A stretch of 63,706 bases of DNA, the filler included, from Lenisia limosa (lineage: Eukaryota > Protista > Breviatea), in NCBI GenBank assembly GCA_001655205.1. It is 13 parts of 13 records of this genome, joined end to end, with 100 filler letters (N's around TTAATTAATTAA, not from the genome) between each part and the next. Parts side by side here need not be neighbours in the genome. Positions count along the whole stretch, not along the records: positions 28,242 to 45,169 come from LPNZ01010833.1; positions 45,270 to 47,126 come from LPNZ01002159.1; positions 47,227 to 51,559 come from LPNZ01005536.1; 10 more parts are not named here. One strand, given 5' to 3'. Below the pieces are notes generated by a model. It made no database searches, had not been told where the DNA came from, and saw only the letters and a program-made list of their open reading frames with translations. This document shows positions 37,601 to 50,300 of the stretch, piece by piece. The translations under genes were made by a program, and so were the position numbers. Numbering within the stretch: the stretch's first letter is position 1; each line of letters starts with the position of its first letter.

Positions 37601-37776
37601 GGGGTTTTTTTTTTGTTTCATAAATTTTTCAATTTTACCCCCCTCCCCAGCCTCAGCCCAGCATTCCCCTCCCGAACCTGTCACAGCCCTCGCGGCCGCC
37701 GGCGTTTGAGTTCCGCTCCCCGGCCCGACACTCGGGGTTCCAGGACGCGCTGCAGAGTGGGCTGGTGACCAGCTGA
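28658..37776 (+). CDS. Large Ala/Glu/Arg-rich coiled-coil protein, about 30 exons, 5' end missing
   Basis: Consecutive exons join in consistent phase, e.g. AVVATERILTLQSELKTARAEAARLEKD/LMSVETRADKAAAQAREKE/TALSAEVQRSNRDLLESRQSLATLQ/RSIADSESALVAAEKLLE ... REEEEARRQMLSEALNMEDV ... PQPSIPLPNLSQPSRPP...GLVTS* (TGA at 37774-37776). Confidence 0.88.
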
Positions 37777-38178
37777 ATGTATAGGCAATATTCTATGTTT
37801 CTTATCATTTAAGTTGAAAAGAGTTGTATAATTGAAGTGATAGAGGCTTCGGTGAACCTACCTCTATCTATCTCACTCATGTTCGGCGTTTCTGATTGTT
37901 CACTTCCTAGTTGCCTCCAATAGGGGTGTGGACGACTCAGTGAAGAATGCAGATAGTCTCATAGCCGACATCTATAACGTGTCGCGGGAGGACTGAACTG
38001 TTGTTTTGTAATCTATTGTTAGGGTTAGTGTTTCTTTCTTGCAATTGTTTCCGGCTTAGGCTCGTACGTTTTCTGTTATTTAGCTCTATTTTTGCCCAAG
38101 AAGGAATTATGTTCAGAGTCAGTTCCCCGGTTCTGCTTGTGAGCCACATAAAATAAAACAAAAAGTCAAACCATCATT

Positions 38179-41100
38179 TCAATAGTGATAGTCCATCAAA
38201 ACGGCCACCGTTAGTGGGACTTGTTGCGACTGGCTGTCAGGGATGTACTAAGGATGTTAGGGAAGATAATTAAGGCTTAAAAGGTTGAAAATATTTTCCC
38301 CTGGTCGCGTCATGTCAATCTTGATCAAATGTCAACCTGCATATCATGATTCAAAATACTATGATACACTTTCACCTTTCGTGAGAAGTATCTGAGGCAA
38401 TGACTATTTACAGGTTTTGGTATGGTTTCCACTCACCTCAGTCGCATGTTTGTTGTCTGCACCCCTCTCAATGAGGTACATTACAGTTTCCAGAAGGTAA
38501 TGTTTCGCAGCATTCATGAGGGGTGTCCTTCCCTGTTTTAGGAAGGTAAATAATGTCTAATGGCAAAAAGGATTTCAAATGGTGATGTTCATATTCCAAA
38601 GAAAAACAAAGTGCTCTAGTGAAGAGGTACATCATGTTCATATCACAAAGAAAAACAAAGGTGTAGTGAAGAGGCACATCATTCATACATCTTGCAGGGA
38701 CAATATCTATTATAGACACCGTTATATAAACACTGCACACGTCTGTCAACCCACCTCATTATCAGCCCTGTCAATGTCCGCACCACTATCAATGAGGTAC
38801 TTCACAATGTGTAAGCTGCCAGTGTCAGCAGCAAAACTGAGGGCAGTGCTACCCTGTGAAATAAATATCAATGAGGTCATTAATGGTTACGGCTATGGAG
38901 GAGTAACAGACGGAATGGTGTAATATGAAAAATCATTTTATGGATAACATTCGTCCATGCCCCTTACATCATATCTTAATCCACATACATGTACATAGGA
39001 GAGACGGGGGAAACGAACAGTGCAATTTGTGAACAATTAAGCTTAATTTTGCGGTTTAAGATTAACTTATTCGGTTGAACTATCAAGAAACTGTTTTCTG
39101 ACTTCGAAAGCAATATGAATATGGGGTAGTTGAAGCCTATGCTGTTGTAACTAATTGTATTCCTGTAATCAAATAGATTTATGATAGAACAATGATTCAG
39201 CATCTCTAATATCTAGACCCACTTCCTGATCAATGCGGTTGATGCATGCACCCTTCTCCACGAGATGCATTACCGCATCCAAACAGCCAGTCATAGTCGC
39301 AACGATGAGAGGCGTTTCGCCCTGTTAAATCAATAAAAGATGACAACAGTGAATATAGAATATATTGCCCGTGATAGAGCTTATTGATCCACCCTCCTTA
39401 TGGTCACATTTGTTAAAGATAGCACCGTTTTTAGTGAGGCACTTCACGATAAGAAATTCACCAAATCGAGCAGCGGAGGTGAGGGGAGTACCTCCCTGAT
39501 TAAAGACGAATATGCATTCACTACAGAGAGCCATCGATGATGTAACTCACGAATACTCTTGTTAATTGAAAATATTCGAAGAAGGAACCCATTATGAAAA
39601 GACAATAGAAAAATTGACTTTGGAAAACAATGTTCTCAGCTGGATAAAATAATATGTTATTGTCAAATAAATATCACTATACCTCACAATTTAATGACAA
39701 ATAGAATGAAACAGAGAGGCGATAACGGCTTCTAGATCAAGAAGAGGAAGACCACCGTCTATCAATACATGCACCACCCCCAGAACCTCTCTCCCCTCCA
39801 GCGGTGATCTCACCCAAGACCAGTAGCGCCTCGCCCACTTCTCCACTTCCCCATACGCCCAGTTATAACGCCAGCACTCTGATAAACTCGGGTGAATAAT
39901 ACAATTGAAGAACCTCTTGCTCACCCACAGTAGTATCAGCCTGTTCGATGTCTGCACCACACTCTATAAGATACTTCACGATATCCAAGTAGCCACTCTC
40001 AACGGCACCTATGAGGGGAGATCTTGCCTGTATAAATCTGTGAGAAATGGAGCTACCACACAATACGGAATACACAATAGGTCATGTATTAGAACAAGAC
40101 ATACACAATAGGTCATGTATTAGAAGTACATATAGTACATATGATATAAACACGCAGTTATCATTTGTCATGAAGTATTATTTATCGATAATGTGTCACT
40201 AGTCATGAAAGAGAACTTTTCGAAAATTTCTCTTCTAGACTAACATGGTCATATAAAGAAAGCCCTGGCTATATTACACAGTATTGTATGTATCTTCCCC
40301 TACATTATCATCAACATTGTTGACATTGGCTCCCTTCTCAATGAGGTACTTCACGACATCAAAGTCGCCAGAGTCAACGGCAAAGCTGAGGGGAGTTCTC
40401 CCCTGTTTAATGAATGTTGGCCATACAACAGCCAACTAAAATACAGTAGACTATTAAAGAAAGGGGAACATAGCGTTTTCAATAACATATCACAATGAAA
40501 TACTAAACTTCCAAAAAAAAAGATTTGTCATGAGAATTTCAAGAGAATACAATGATACAATTGACCCTCTATCCACTCACAAAGCAGTCCGGTTGCTTAA
40601 TATCTGCACCGTTCGCAATGAGAAACTTCACGATGTGCAAGTACTTTTTTTGCGAGGCAAGAATGAGGGGCGAATCCTCCTGATTGGTGAAGGTCAGCTT
40701 ATAGAATCATCATATCAAATGATGTGTCCTTCCATCACCGTGGATTATTGAGTGAAAATTTTGAATTTATGAACCCGTAGTCTGAATATAATAATATTCA
40801 CTGTTACTTCGAAAATTGTTTTGTTTGTGAAAGAACAAAACAGAAGAAAACACAATGATGTATAAAAGGACTCGAAATAATGATACAAAATTTAACTTTC
40901 ACATAATTATATAGATATGCATAGTTTATGAGAAGAGAGACCTTCTTTCAGATTTTGTCAATTAATTGCGGAAAAAAGCAAAGAAGTCTGAGTTCTCCAG
41001 ATTCAGCTCGGGTCCATAAAGACGTATGTGTCCATTTTTCACTGGATGGAAATCATTCAGTACTGTATGTAAAATTGAACAAAGTAATATAGTATTGTAA

Positions 41101-42187
41101 CAGTAAGTAAATTGTTAATTTGTTTTTTTATCATTGTATAATATAATTATTCATCAAGAACGATCTTCGTTACTCACCTCATTGTTAGATTTGTTGATGT
41201 CTGCACCATTCTCAATGAGGTTCTCCACGATATCTAAGTGTCCAAACCATGTGGCAAGGATGACAACTGTGTTTCCCTACTACATGAGAGTCTATTCATA
41301 TTACAGTTTCCATTGTTCCCTGTCTTCTCTTCCATAATATTATTCATATCAGAAACTATATACATTATGTACAATGACAGATATCATATGTATGATGTTG
41401 TTTACCAAGTTCAACTGAAAAAAGTACAGAAAGAAATCAATAAAACATATTATGATAATAAGGGCTTTACGTAAACAGAACTATATCAAATAAAACATGT
41501 AAAAATAGGAAACGGTAAATCTACTGAATTCCACCCTACCTCATTATCCACTTGGTCCATATCTGCACCATTCTCAATGAGGTACTTCACTACATCAAAA
41601 TAGCCACGCAGAGCAGCAATAGAGAGGGGAGTGTATCCCTGCACGGAGCTCAACATTACATAATGAGGGATTTAATCACTTTTTTCCCCTCCAATAAGGT
41701 AATACTCCCCGCTAATTGAAACATCAACGTTTTCAAAGGAAATCGTTGGGGAAACAAAACAAAAATATCAAGAAAGCATGAGCGAACCCATATTTTCCAC
41801 ACAATAAGTACAAAAAGGTTAATAATAAGCTTCAAAAACAAGTTCATCACACTTCAATGTAAAAACAGACTACAAAGTGTAACCATACAAATCGCTCACC
41901 TCATAATCCACTTTATTGATCTCCGCGCCCTTCCCAATGAGGAACTCAATGATATCCAAGTGCCCTCGCTCAGCAGCGTAATTCAGGGCTGTTCTTTCCT
42001 GAGGAGAGTTAAAAACAAAACAATTAAGGGTTCACTGAATGAATACATGTTCTTGCGAGTGCAGAGTTTATTTGAATTCCCAACTCACCTGGGCTCCAGA
42101 CGTTTGGTGAATTAACTCCCTATTAGCCTCAATGAGACGCTGTACTTCCCCAAGGTTTCCATTCAAACAGGCATTGAAAATGTCCAT
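38179..42187 (-). CDS. Ankyrin-repeat protein, 12 exons, complete
   Basis: ATG at 42187 (MDIFNACLNGNLGEVQRLIE...), then ten exons each encoding one ANK repeat (e.g. GYTPLSIAALRGYFDVVKYLIENGADMDQVDNE, GRTPLSFAVDSGDFDVVKYLIEKGANVNNVDN). Last exon YIPDSQ...DYHY* with TGA at 38181-38179. Confidence 0.95.
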
Positions 42188-42812
42188 TCTTTGTGTTCAA
42201 AACACTAAAGGTTGTTAGCAATGACTCAATCTCCAGTAGTTGTTCTAATCTTGTTCAACCTGATTCCTGATACTTGGCCCAAATAAAAACACTGCTCACA
42301 TAATACATTCACAAGCAAAAAGGTACACTCACTTCTCTTCCTCAACCCTAGGAAGCGCATATGATATATTCTACTTTAGAACATATGATATCAATCATAT
42401 ATACCTCCCAGTTCTACCAATCCCATTAAATAGAAGGATTGTATGAAAATATATCCCTCTTGTCGTATATAGATGCCCTGTTTTACTCAATAAGAAATGT
42501 ATACCCTTGTCTTACATAGTACTTTAGATTGAAAGAAGGATTTCCGTCAGAGTTGGAGATTTAGGGCATCGCGTGTCTTCTTCTCACTGTCTTTGATAAT
42601 ATATAGTATTTTAAATATAGACTTGGAGAGGGGGCACTCCGGACCCCCCTCGGAGCCCCTGGAGGGTACAGGTTGGAGACGAGCATTGGGAGTCTGCAAA
42701 TCATTCTGGGGGTTTTAAAACCCCAAGGTAACTTATGTGAAAACAATTAATTCTGTTCTGTTTTCCTGAAATGATGCCTTAGACGGATATAGATTCACAA
42801 GTAATCAACAAA

Positions 42813-44901
42813 ATGGCTGCCGCTGACACCAGCAAAAACAGGAGAGTTCCTCGTTCTCTCTCGGATTCCCCAAGCCAAACAAGATCGCCATCAAGGGACT
42901 ATTCGTAGGCATTAAGATGTTTTATGATTTATTTGACGGGTTTCATTAAGACTGATTGACTACGCCTTTTGCTCCGAATTGTAGCTTACCCTAGCAGGAC
43001 AGCAGCTCGGAATACTCCTGAAATCACCTCAGCAAGACGGCCAGCAGCGGCGGTAACCTCAACAAGTAACCCTACTAGAACCCCTCCTGCAAGACAAGGT
43101 GACACACTTTCCCTCTTGTTGCTATGGATGGTTTTATGGCAAAATTGACAACAATTCAGGGCCTCTCGATGATCTTTCGCATCTTCGAACAACTCTTCCT
43201 GGAGGGGGGTCTCACCTCTGTTCCACCACTACTACGCAGTCGGGATATCTTGGTAAGCAGTCTCTCTAGTCAGTAAAATGGAAGTACCAGATGGTGTAGG
43301 GGAGGAATGGTGATAAATGAAGATAAGCTACATGGGTTTTCCCGCGATAAGCAATGGTATGGAACGATATCAACTTTGAACAAGTTAATGAACTTGCAAC
43401 ACATAACCCATACAACGCGTCACAATTGCTGTTCTCAAGATTAACTGCCGCAGTGGACCATGTGACAGGGGCAAAGACTGCGGAGGATGAGACTAGTCAC
43501 TTCATCACATCGCAACCCAGCAAGCCAATACAGCGCCGACGGTCAAATACGTCCGAACGTCCGCCTTCAGGTACGCTGCACACTGGTCTCAGCAATATTG
43601 GTATTTTTACAGTGACCGGGATAAGTCTTGATCAATTTTCCCTGGAAATTACGTAGAAAATCGGTCATGCCCCCACCCTCTCGTTTTTATAAGATGCCAT
43701 TAGTCAAGGCTGCTGAGTCAAGAGGGAGTTTTGATGGAGAGTTTGACAGTCTGTAGTGACGCACGAAGACTCCCGCATTTCGGCCCTGGCCACACGGCAA
43801 CGCATGCGTCCGAAGTCAAAAACACAGACCCCTCCACGTACGGGNNNNNNNNNNNNNNNNNNNNNNNNNNNNNNNNNNNNNNNNNNNNNNNNNNNNNNNN
43901 NNNNNNNNNNNNNNNNNNNNNNNNNNNNNNNNNNNNNNNNNNNNNNNNNNNNNNNNNNNNNCCTCTTGACTATTCCAGCAAATCATCCCACAAAATCACT
44001 CCATCATTTCAAGCAGCAAAATTGGAGGTGAATTGGATTTAACTGTAACCTGATAATAGGATTTTAATCGAAAGTTGATGTTTCATGCTTCACATTTATT
44101 TTTGGCCTGCTCTCATGACCATTCAAATCACCCTTCAAATCACGCTGATAGTTCGCACTCCACAAACCACACTGCTGTTCCCCCCACGTCTACCTCCACA
44201 TCCCCCCACCCCCACTCCAACACCATGCCCACAATGCCTCTCCAGTCCCCGAGTTTCAGGTGGGAGGGGGGTGTTATTCCTTATTATTCCTGGGAGGGCG
44301 TGATGGGGTGTAGGAAATGTTCTGCTTAAAACACATTTCTATATTACCATTACCCATGGCCATCCCCCCTCCCTCCTTTTTTGTGTTGATGTATTAAGTT
44401 CGCATTTAAGGCCTCTATTTCAGATATTACTCTACTCTGGCCAAAAATAAACAAATGAGTGAAGAAAGGAAAGGGATTTGTTGTGATATTATTTCTTAAT
44501 CCTCACCGCTCAGTGTCCCTATCAATGGTAACGATCGAACGATCAGTCCCCCTCTTATCCCAAGGGTATGACCGGTTACGGATAAAGGGCATTCAATATT
44601 CCGGCAAAAACACAAGAGGCTCATACTATTTCACCTTCTGCAATAGTATGTAAAATATTCGCTATTTTGACACTCATGCAAATCTCGGGGTGTAACAGCT
44701 ATACCCATACTTTTTNNNNNNNNNNNNNNNNNNNNNNNNNNNNNNNNNNNNNNNNNNNNNNNNNNNNNNNNNNNNNNNNNNNNNNNNNNNNNNNNNNNNN
44801 NNNNNNNNNNNNNNNNNNNNNNNNNNNNNNNNNNNNNNNNNNCTCGCGCAAGGCGTCTGGTGGCGGCGGCGCCACAACACCCATGCACGAGTTCCTAATT
44901 G
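42813..44901 (+). CDS. Hypothetical Ser/Thr/Pro-rich protein, partial
   Basis: MAAADTSKNRRVPRSLSDSPSQTRSPSRDY/SRTAARNTPEITSARRP.../GPLDDLSHLRTT.../WNDINFEQVNELATHNPYNASQLLF..., with GT-AG ends. Later exon phases are uncertain. Confidence 0.55.
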
Positions 44902-45299
44902 TTGATGGCCAAGCAGTCAAAGTATGGGGGTGGGGGGATTATAGGGATGGGGAGGGTGTTTTTTTTTTATGTAATATAAGTATACAGTAACTGGAATAAG
45001 TCTTGACCTATTTTCCTTGGGAATTCGCATAGCAAATCGGTCAGCAACTGTATATTATATGATACGTTTTGACTGGGAGGGGATACGTTCAGAACCGGGT
45101 TTTCCTGCCAACAGAGTTGATTTGGGTTTTTTTTTTCATAAATTTTCCCATTTTACTCCCCCCCCCCCCNNNNNNNNNNNNNNNNNNNNNNNNNNNNNNN
45201 NNNNNNNNNNNNNTTAATTAATTAANNNNNNNNNNNNNNNNNNNNNNNNNNNNNNNNNNNNNNNNNNNNATGATACATTCCCCCACATTTGGCCCATCC

Positions 45300-47126
45300 G
45301 GAAACGGTTTCGTCTAGGGCATCTCTTTTGAGGATTCCCTTGATGCCACTGTGGATAGGTAAATCCTGGAACAGAAAATAGAAACATCATAAGTTGTAGT
45401 CAAAAGATGAAACACTCAATAAGGGCATCTGATCAAAGCCATCACGATCATAATCCTACCTCTGAACAGTGGCAGCCAGATCCTCGTCGGACATGGCAGA
45501 GTGCGCCAGTTGGCCGAGGGAGGCGGCAGCGGCGGTGTACAGGGTCGGCTCGGATATACAGGACTCTGGGGGGTTCATAACGGATAATATAGAAATGAGA
45601 AATAAAAACAAGGTTGTATCTGAACGAAAACGTCCACGCCATCACGCTATAAGAGATATTGGAGTATAGTACTGATAGATTCATCATTTATCAGGGAATA
45701 ATCCAGAAATTGTGGAAGTGGCGGTCAGGAGACGATTTTATTTACTACTATATAAAGATGAAGCANNNNNNNNNNNNNNNNNNNNNNNNNNNNNNNNNNN
45801 NNNNNNNNNNNNNNNNNNNNNNNNNNNNNNNNNNNNNNNNNNNNNNNNNNNNNNNNNNNNNNNNNNNNNNNNNTGTCATGGAGCGACAAGTACCTGCGAA
45901 TTTGCTTAAACTTTTGAAGTCATCACAAGACGCCAGCGCTGCCGCCGCAGATCTGAGAGTTGTAAATTGAGAGAAGACGGGGAAAACAGTGTAGATATTG
46001 GTCGGCTTGATCCAGGTATTACATTTAATATCACATTTCTCTTTATTGTATATACTATCATATCATATCATATAATATGATATACTGTGATCCTGTGCTT
46101 AACAGCCCCTAAACCTGAAAGCAAATATGGCGGCTGGAGCTTCAGGGACACTGTCAGATGAAAATCCCTGGGGGACTTGGCCCTGCAACCAGCCGACACC
46201 CTCGAAAAGACTTCGACTGCCGCGAAGAAAGGCAGAAATCACTACTATGTCATATGGAGGGCATATGCATCTAGCCTTCGGGGTGTTCACAACAGCAATT
46301 GGCATTTCAAATAAAGAATCAAAATGCAATCAATCGGGGTATGCTAAGACTAATTCAATAAAGAGAAGAGAGAAAATAAGTAGCATTACGGAGAGTTACG
46401 TGTCAATAGTATTCAAAAGCCTCACAGCTAAGCCGGGTTTTCTCCTTTTGAGGGTTGGATTTTGACTTGAGTTTCTTCTTAGTCATTGACGAAAGTAGAG
46501 TGGCAGTACTCTGAAGCATGGGTAACACAATGGGGACACGGAAATCGCATTTCAGCAGAAACAAGACAAACTATTTGTAGACACGCACCTTACAAAAAAA
46601 AAGGTCATGCATGATGAATTACGGAGTAATATCATCATTAACAAAAAAAAAAGCTGCTCTACACTAGTTCCCCAATTTTCCCCCCCNNNNNNNNNNNNNN
46701 NNNNNNNNNNNNNNNNNNNNNNNNNNNNNNNNNNNNNNNNNNNNNNNNNNNNNNNNNNNNNNNNNNNNNNNNNNNNNNNNNNNNNNNNNNNNNNNNNNNN
46801 NNNNNNNNNNNNNNNNNNNNNNNNNNNNNNNNNNNNNNNNNNNNNNNNNNNNNNNNNNNNNNNNNNNNNNNNNNNNNNNNNNNNNNNNNNNNNNNNNNNN
46901 NNNNNNNNNNNNNNNNNNNNNNNNACAACAAACACAAGATACAGAGTCAATAAAACGATGTCATATTTCTATGTGAGCTCAGGGTGACTTTGGGTTTATG
47001 AGGGGCGTTTCTTGATTCCAGTAAGGAAAGGTTCCCCACCTTGACAACCGCGGATTTGGCAAGAGCTTCGTCCTCATCATCATCGCCGTCATAGGCTCCT
47101 CCAACCCTCTTGAAATACAGATTCCT
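45300..47126 (-). CDS. Hypothetical helical protein, internal exons
   Basis: Exons RNLYFKRVGGAYDGDDDEDEALAKSAVVK, RVPIVLPMLQSTATLLSSM, VVISAFLRGSRSLFEGVGWLQG, SAAAALASCDDFKSLSKF, SCISEPTLYTAAAASLGQLAHSAMSDEDLAATVQR. Confidence 0.55.
45592..45662 (-). repeat. Dispersed intronic element D (about 75 bp, non-palindromic), representative copy
   Basis: Consensus on the transcribed strand TCCAATATCTCTTATAAGCGTGATGGTGTGGACGGCTTCGGCCAGATA..CTTGTTTTT.TTTCTCATTTCT. Copies at about 3061, 21575, 25087, 26095, 50843, 51412, 52605, 54810, 55840 and 55985. Confidence 0.8.
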
Positions 47127-47300
47127 NNNNNNNNNNNNNNNNNNNNNNNNNNNNNNNNNNNNNNNNNNNNTTAATTAATTAANNNNNNNNNNNNNNNNNN
47201 NNNNNNNNNNNNNNNNNNNNNNNNNNAATAATTTACCTAAATAGGGTATATTTTACCCGATTTCTGCGGCCTAGCATATATTCATATCTGACCTCCTCAG

Positions 47301-50300
47301 CACAGCGCTAATGCGAAGTACTCGACCCTCAGAATGGGTTTCAGCGGCACGGGCAGGAAGGAGCTGGAGAAGGAATATATCGTGGGGTATTGAAGGGTTT
47401 GTCCTTTTACCACCAAGAGTTGATTTTGGGCTTTTTTTTTGTTTTTTTTACAAAAATTTCCTATTTTACTCCGCCAGGGTCTTGAATTGGCTACCCGATT
47501 AGCCGCCGCGCGTTACTTCTTCACCATAATGGTGGTTGTCTGTGCCTTGTTGGCCGCCTCATGGCCCTTTGAGTTGGTGGATCCTGGGTCGTGAAACAGT
47601 AAATAGTGTTATTAAGACTGTTCTTCTGTTTTGCATTGTTATATGCAGCAATGGGTTCTCAAAGACGCAATACTTGGAACCAGGAATGAGGCTCTACAAC
47701 ACACACACACACACACACACCCATCACTCACACGTTTTGGGTGTTATTCCATGGTTTTGCTGTTTTCTACTGAATAAAAATCATATTTATTCCCAGAAAA
47801 GCTGACCATTACCCCCCCCCCAGGAACCCTACAATCACCCGTGCTGCAGCTGCTGTGGCTCTTCTCCTATCCCTGCTGGCTCTCTCCGTGTCCCTCCCCT
47901 GGAACCTGCCTGCTTCACCTCCTTATGCTACTCATGTGGGGGGGATATTTGGCTTTTTAAGATCAAACTTCCTCTTTTTTTCGTGTTTTCTTTCTATTCC
48001 GACTATATTAACCTGGTGGATTACGTCAGCTTTATACCTATACCAAGTCTAAAACTGAGTCTGTGGCTAGGAGTAGGGCAAAGACGATAGAATACTTTGA
48101 CAATGCAAGAACATCAAAAACAAACATCACATCAGTAGGTTGTAAAGTGCCTCTTCAGAACTTTGCAAACTGTTCTCTTTTTCCTAAATAGGATTACAAC
48201 AACAACCAAGAGCGGATTAAACACCGAACTATCCATTGTGGAAAATGAAAGGTTTTCCATTTGAGATGATGGGTTGAAGTACCTTGTGCAAACTGACTGC
48301 ATATTTATATCCCGAAATCGTAGCCAATGCCATGTTTTTATTGCCCTCCCACATTTTACAAAACTGTTTTGAGTCCTGAAGGTCACAAGTGTTCTGGGGA
48401 TTATGAACAATCTCACTCTTAAGTGTTCGAAAACAGTTCCCTTTTGAAAAACAAACCCAGTTCAGCTTGCTTGGTAATTGGAAAAACTGTGTTCCACTCA
48501 AAAATTTTGACACTGAAACCTCCCTGCTAGCAAGCCCTTGAGCACTTTCACAGAAATCTATCACCTTTTTTTTTTTTTTTCTTTNNNNNNNNNNNNNNNN
48601 NNNNNNNNNNNNNNNNNNNNNNNNNNNNNNNNNNNNNNNNNNNNNNNNNNNNNAATACGTAATATAACATTTATTACTTGTACATGTACATGTACATACA
48701 TCAATTTATTTGTGTCTGATGTAATAATATGTGTTTTTATTATAAAATCATATCATATGATATGTTGTATTACATGTTGATCATTCTTTAAAATAAACGA
48801 TGAATTTCTTGTATTTTTGGATCCGTTCTAACCCCAGATAGATTGGAGTCATTTTACGCCTAGCGTCTTTGGCGATTTTAGCCATTCCAGGTTTGCTGGA
48901 CTCCTGGGTTTTATTATTTTTATTACTACTCCATACTTTTTATTCCTTTTCTCAATTTTTGTTTCAGGTAAAACAGGTTATAATCATTATTTCTTGATGG
49001 TGCGGACGACTTCGAAACTCCTTTCTTCTTTTTCTTTCTACTTTGCTTCATAAAGAGTTTCATCAGTTTAACAATATCATGTAGTATTTATTGGGATATG
49101 GGCGGAGGTATAACTAGGGCTTCCCTATGCTCCCAAAAAAGACGAAATTTCTCGATAAATCCTCGATAAAATCGATATTTCACCGATCTTTTTCGGACCG
49201 TATGGAAGCCCTAGGTGTTCCAAGTGAACTGATTGGGATATTGAAGTAAAGAAATGAACAAAACGCTTACCCCCCCCCCCAAACCAATCATCTAAATTTC
49301 CTTTACCCCACAGGTATCACCGCATTTGAGCAGATTGATGCGGATGGCTGGGACGCAGGTCTCGCGTTTGGGCCTCTTCTGGGTGGGGGGTCTTTTGAAA
49401 TGAGTGAGTAGTTCTTTAAATGAGTGATCGGCTAACCCCCTTTTAAAGTTGACAAAAGGTCACGATCGTCAACAGTTATTAATCAAAAGCTCAATCCAGA
49501 TAGCAGATTAGGCTTCACAAAGGCCTTCTGACCATTGAGTGTCACCTTTTTAGTTGTCACGTGGACAGTTGGTGCCCCTATGGCGGCGTCTACTGTGGGG
49601 GGAGGGGGTAACAGACGGTTTCAATTGGAGGAACTTTTGGTCATTTTAGTACAGTTGCTTGGAAACTTTTGATGAAGAGGGGGGATGGTGTCTGTTTCAT
49701 ATATTATCCCCCTGGGCTTTTTTTGTATTATTGTTATCAATTCTTGTGTGTTGTCATCCAACAGTGTTGATTTTGGGCTTTTTAAAAAAATAATCCCATT
49801 TCACCCCCCCCCCCCAGNNNNNNNNNNNNNNNNNNNNNNNNNNNNNNNNNNNNNNNNNNNNNNNNNNNNNNNNNNNNNNNNNNNNNNNNNNNNNNNNNNN
49901 NNNNNNNNNNNNNNNNNNNNNNNNNNNNNNNNNNNNNNNCCCCCTACGCCCTGGGTATCGACGGCTGGAATCTCATCCTTCGAGCGTCTTTGTACCTCCA
50001 GGTGGGATGGAAGCCCTGTTGCATCTTTTGGTTTAGCAATTCTCTTTCTAACCCTAAAACCAGATTATTATCTGTCTAATCCCCCAGATTATGATTGTCT
50101 GCATTATGTTTGCCGGCCGTCGAGACCGTTTAAGTCGAAACAGCTTCCTGCAGCTAAAGGTGGGGGAGGGTATTGCGTTATTGAAGGTGGGGGTTCGGTC
50201 AGATCCTCCATTTCCCATTTTCCCTCCCTCACGCAATCTTAGGCTCTTCTCGGGGCCTCACACCAGTCTTCCAAGGTGCTAGCAGCCCTTTTACCCGCAC

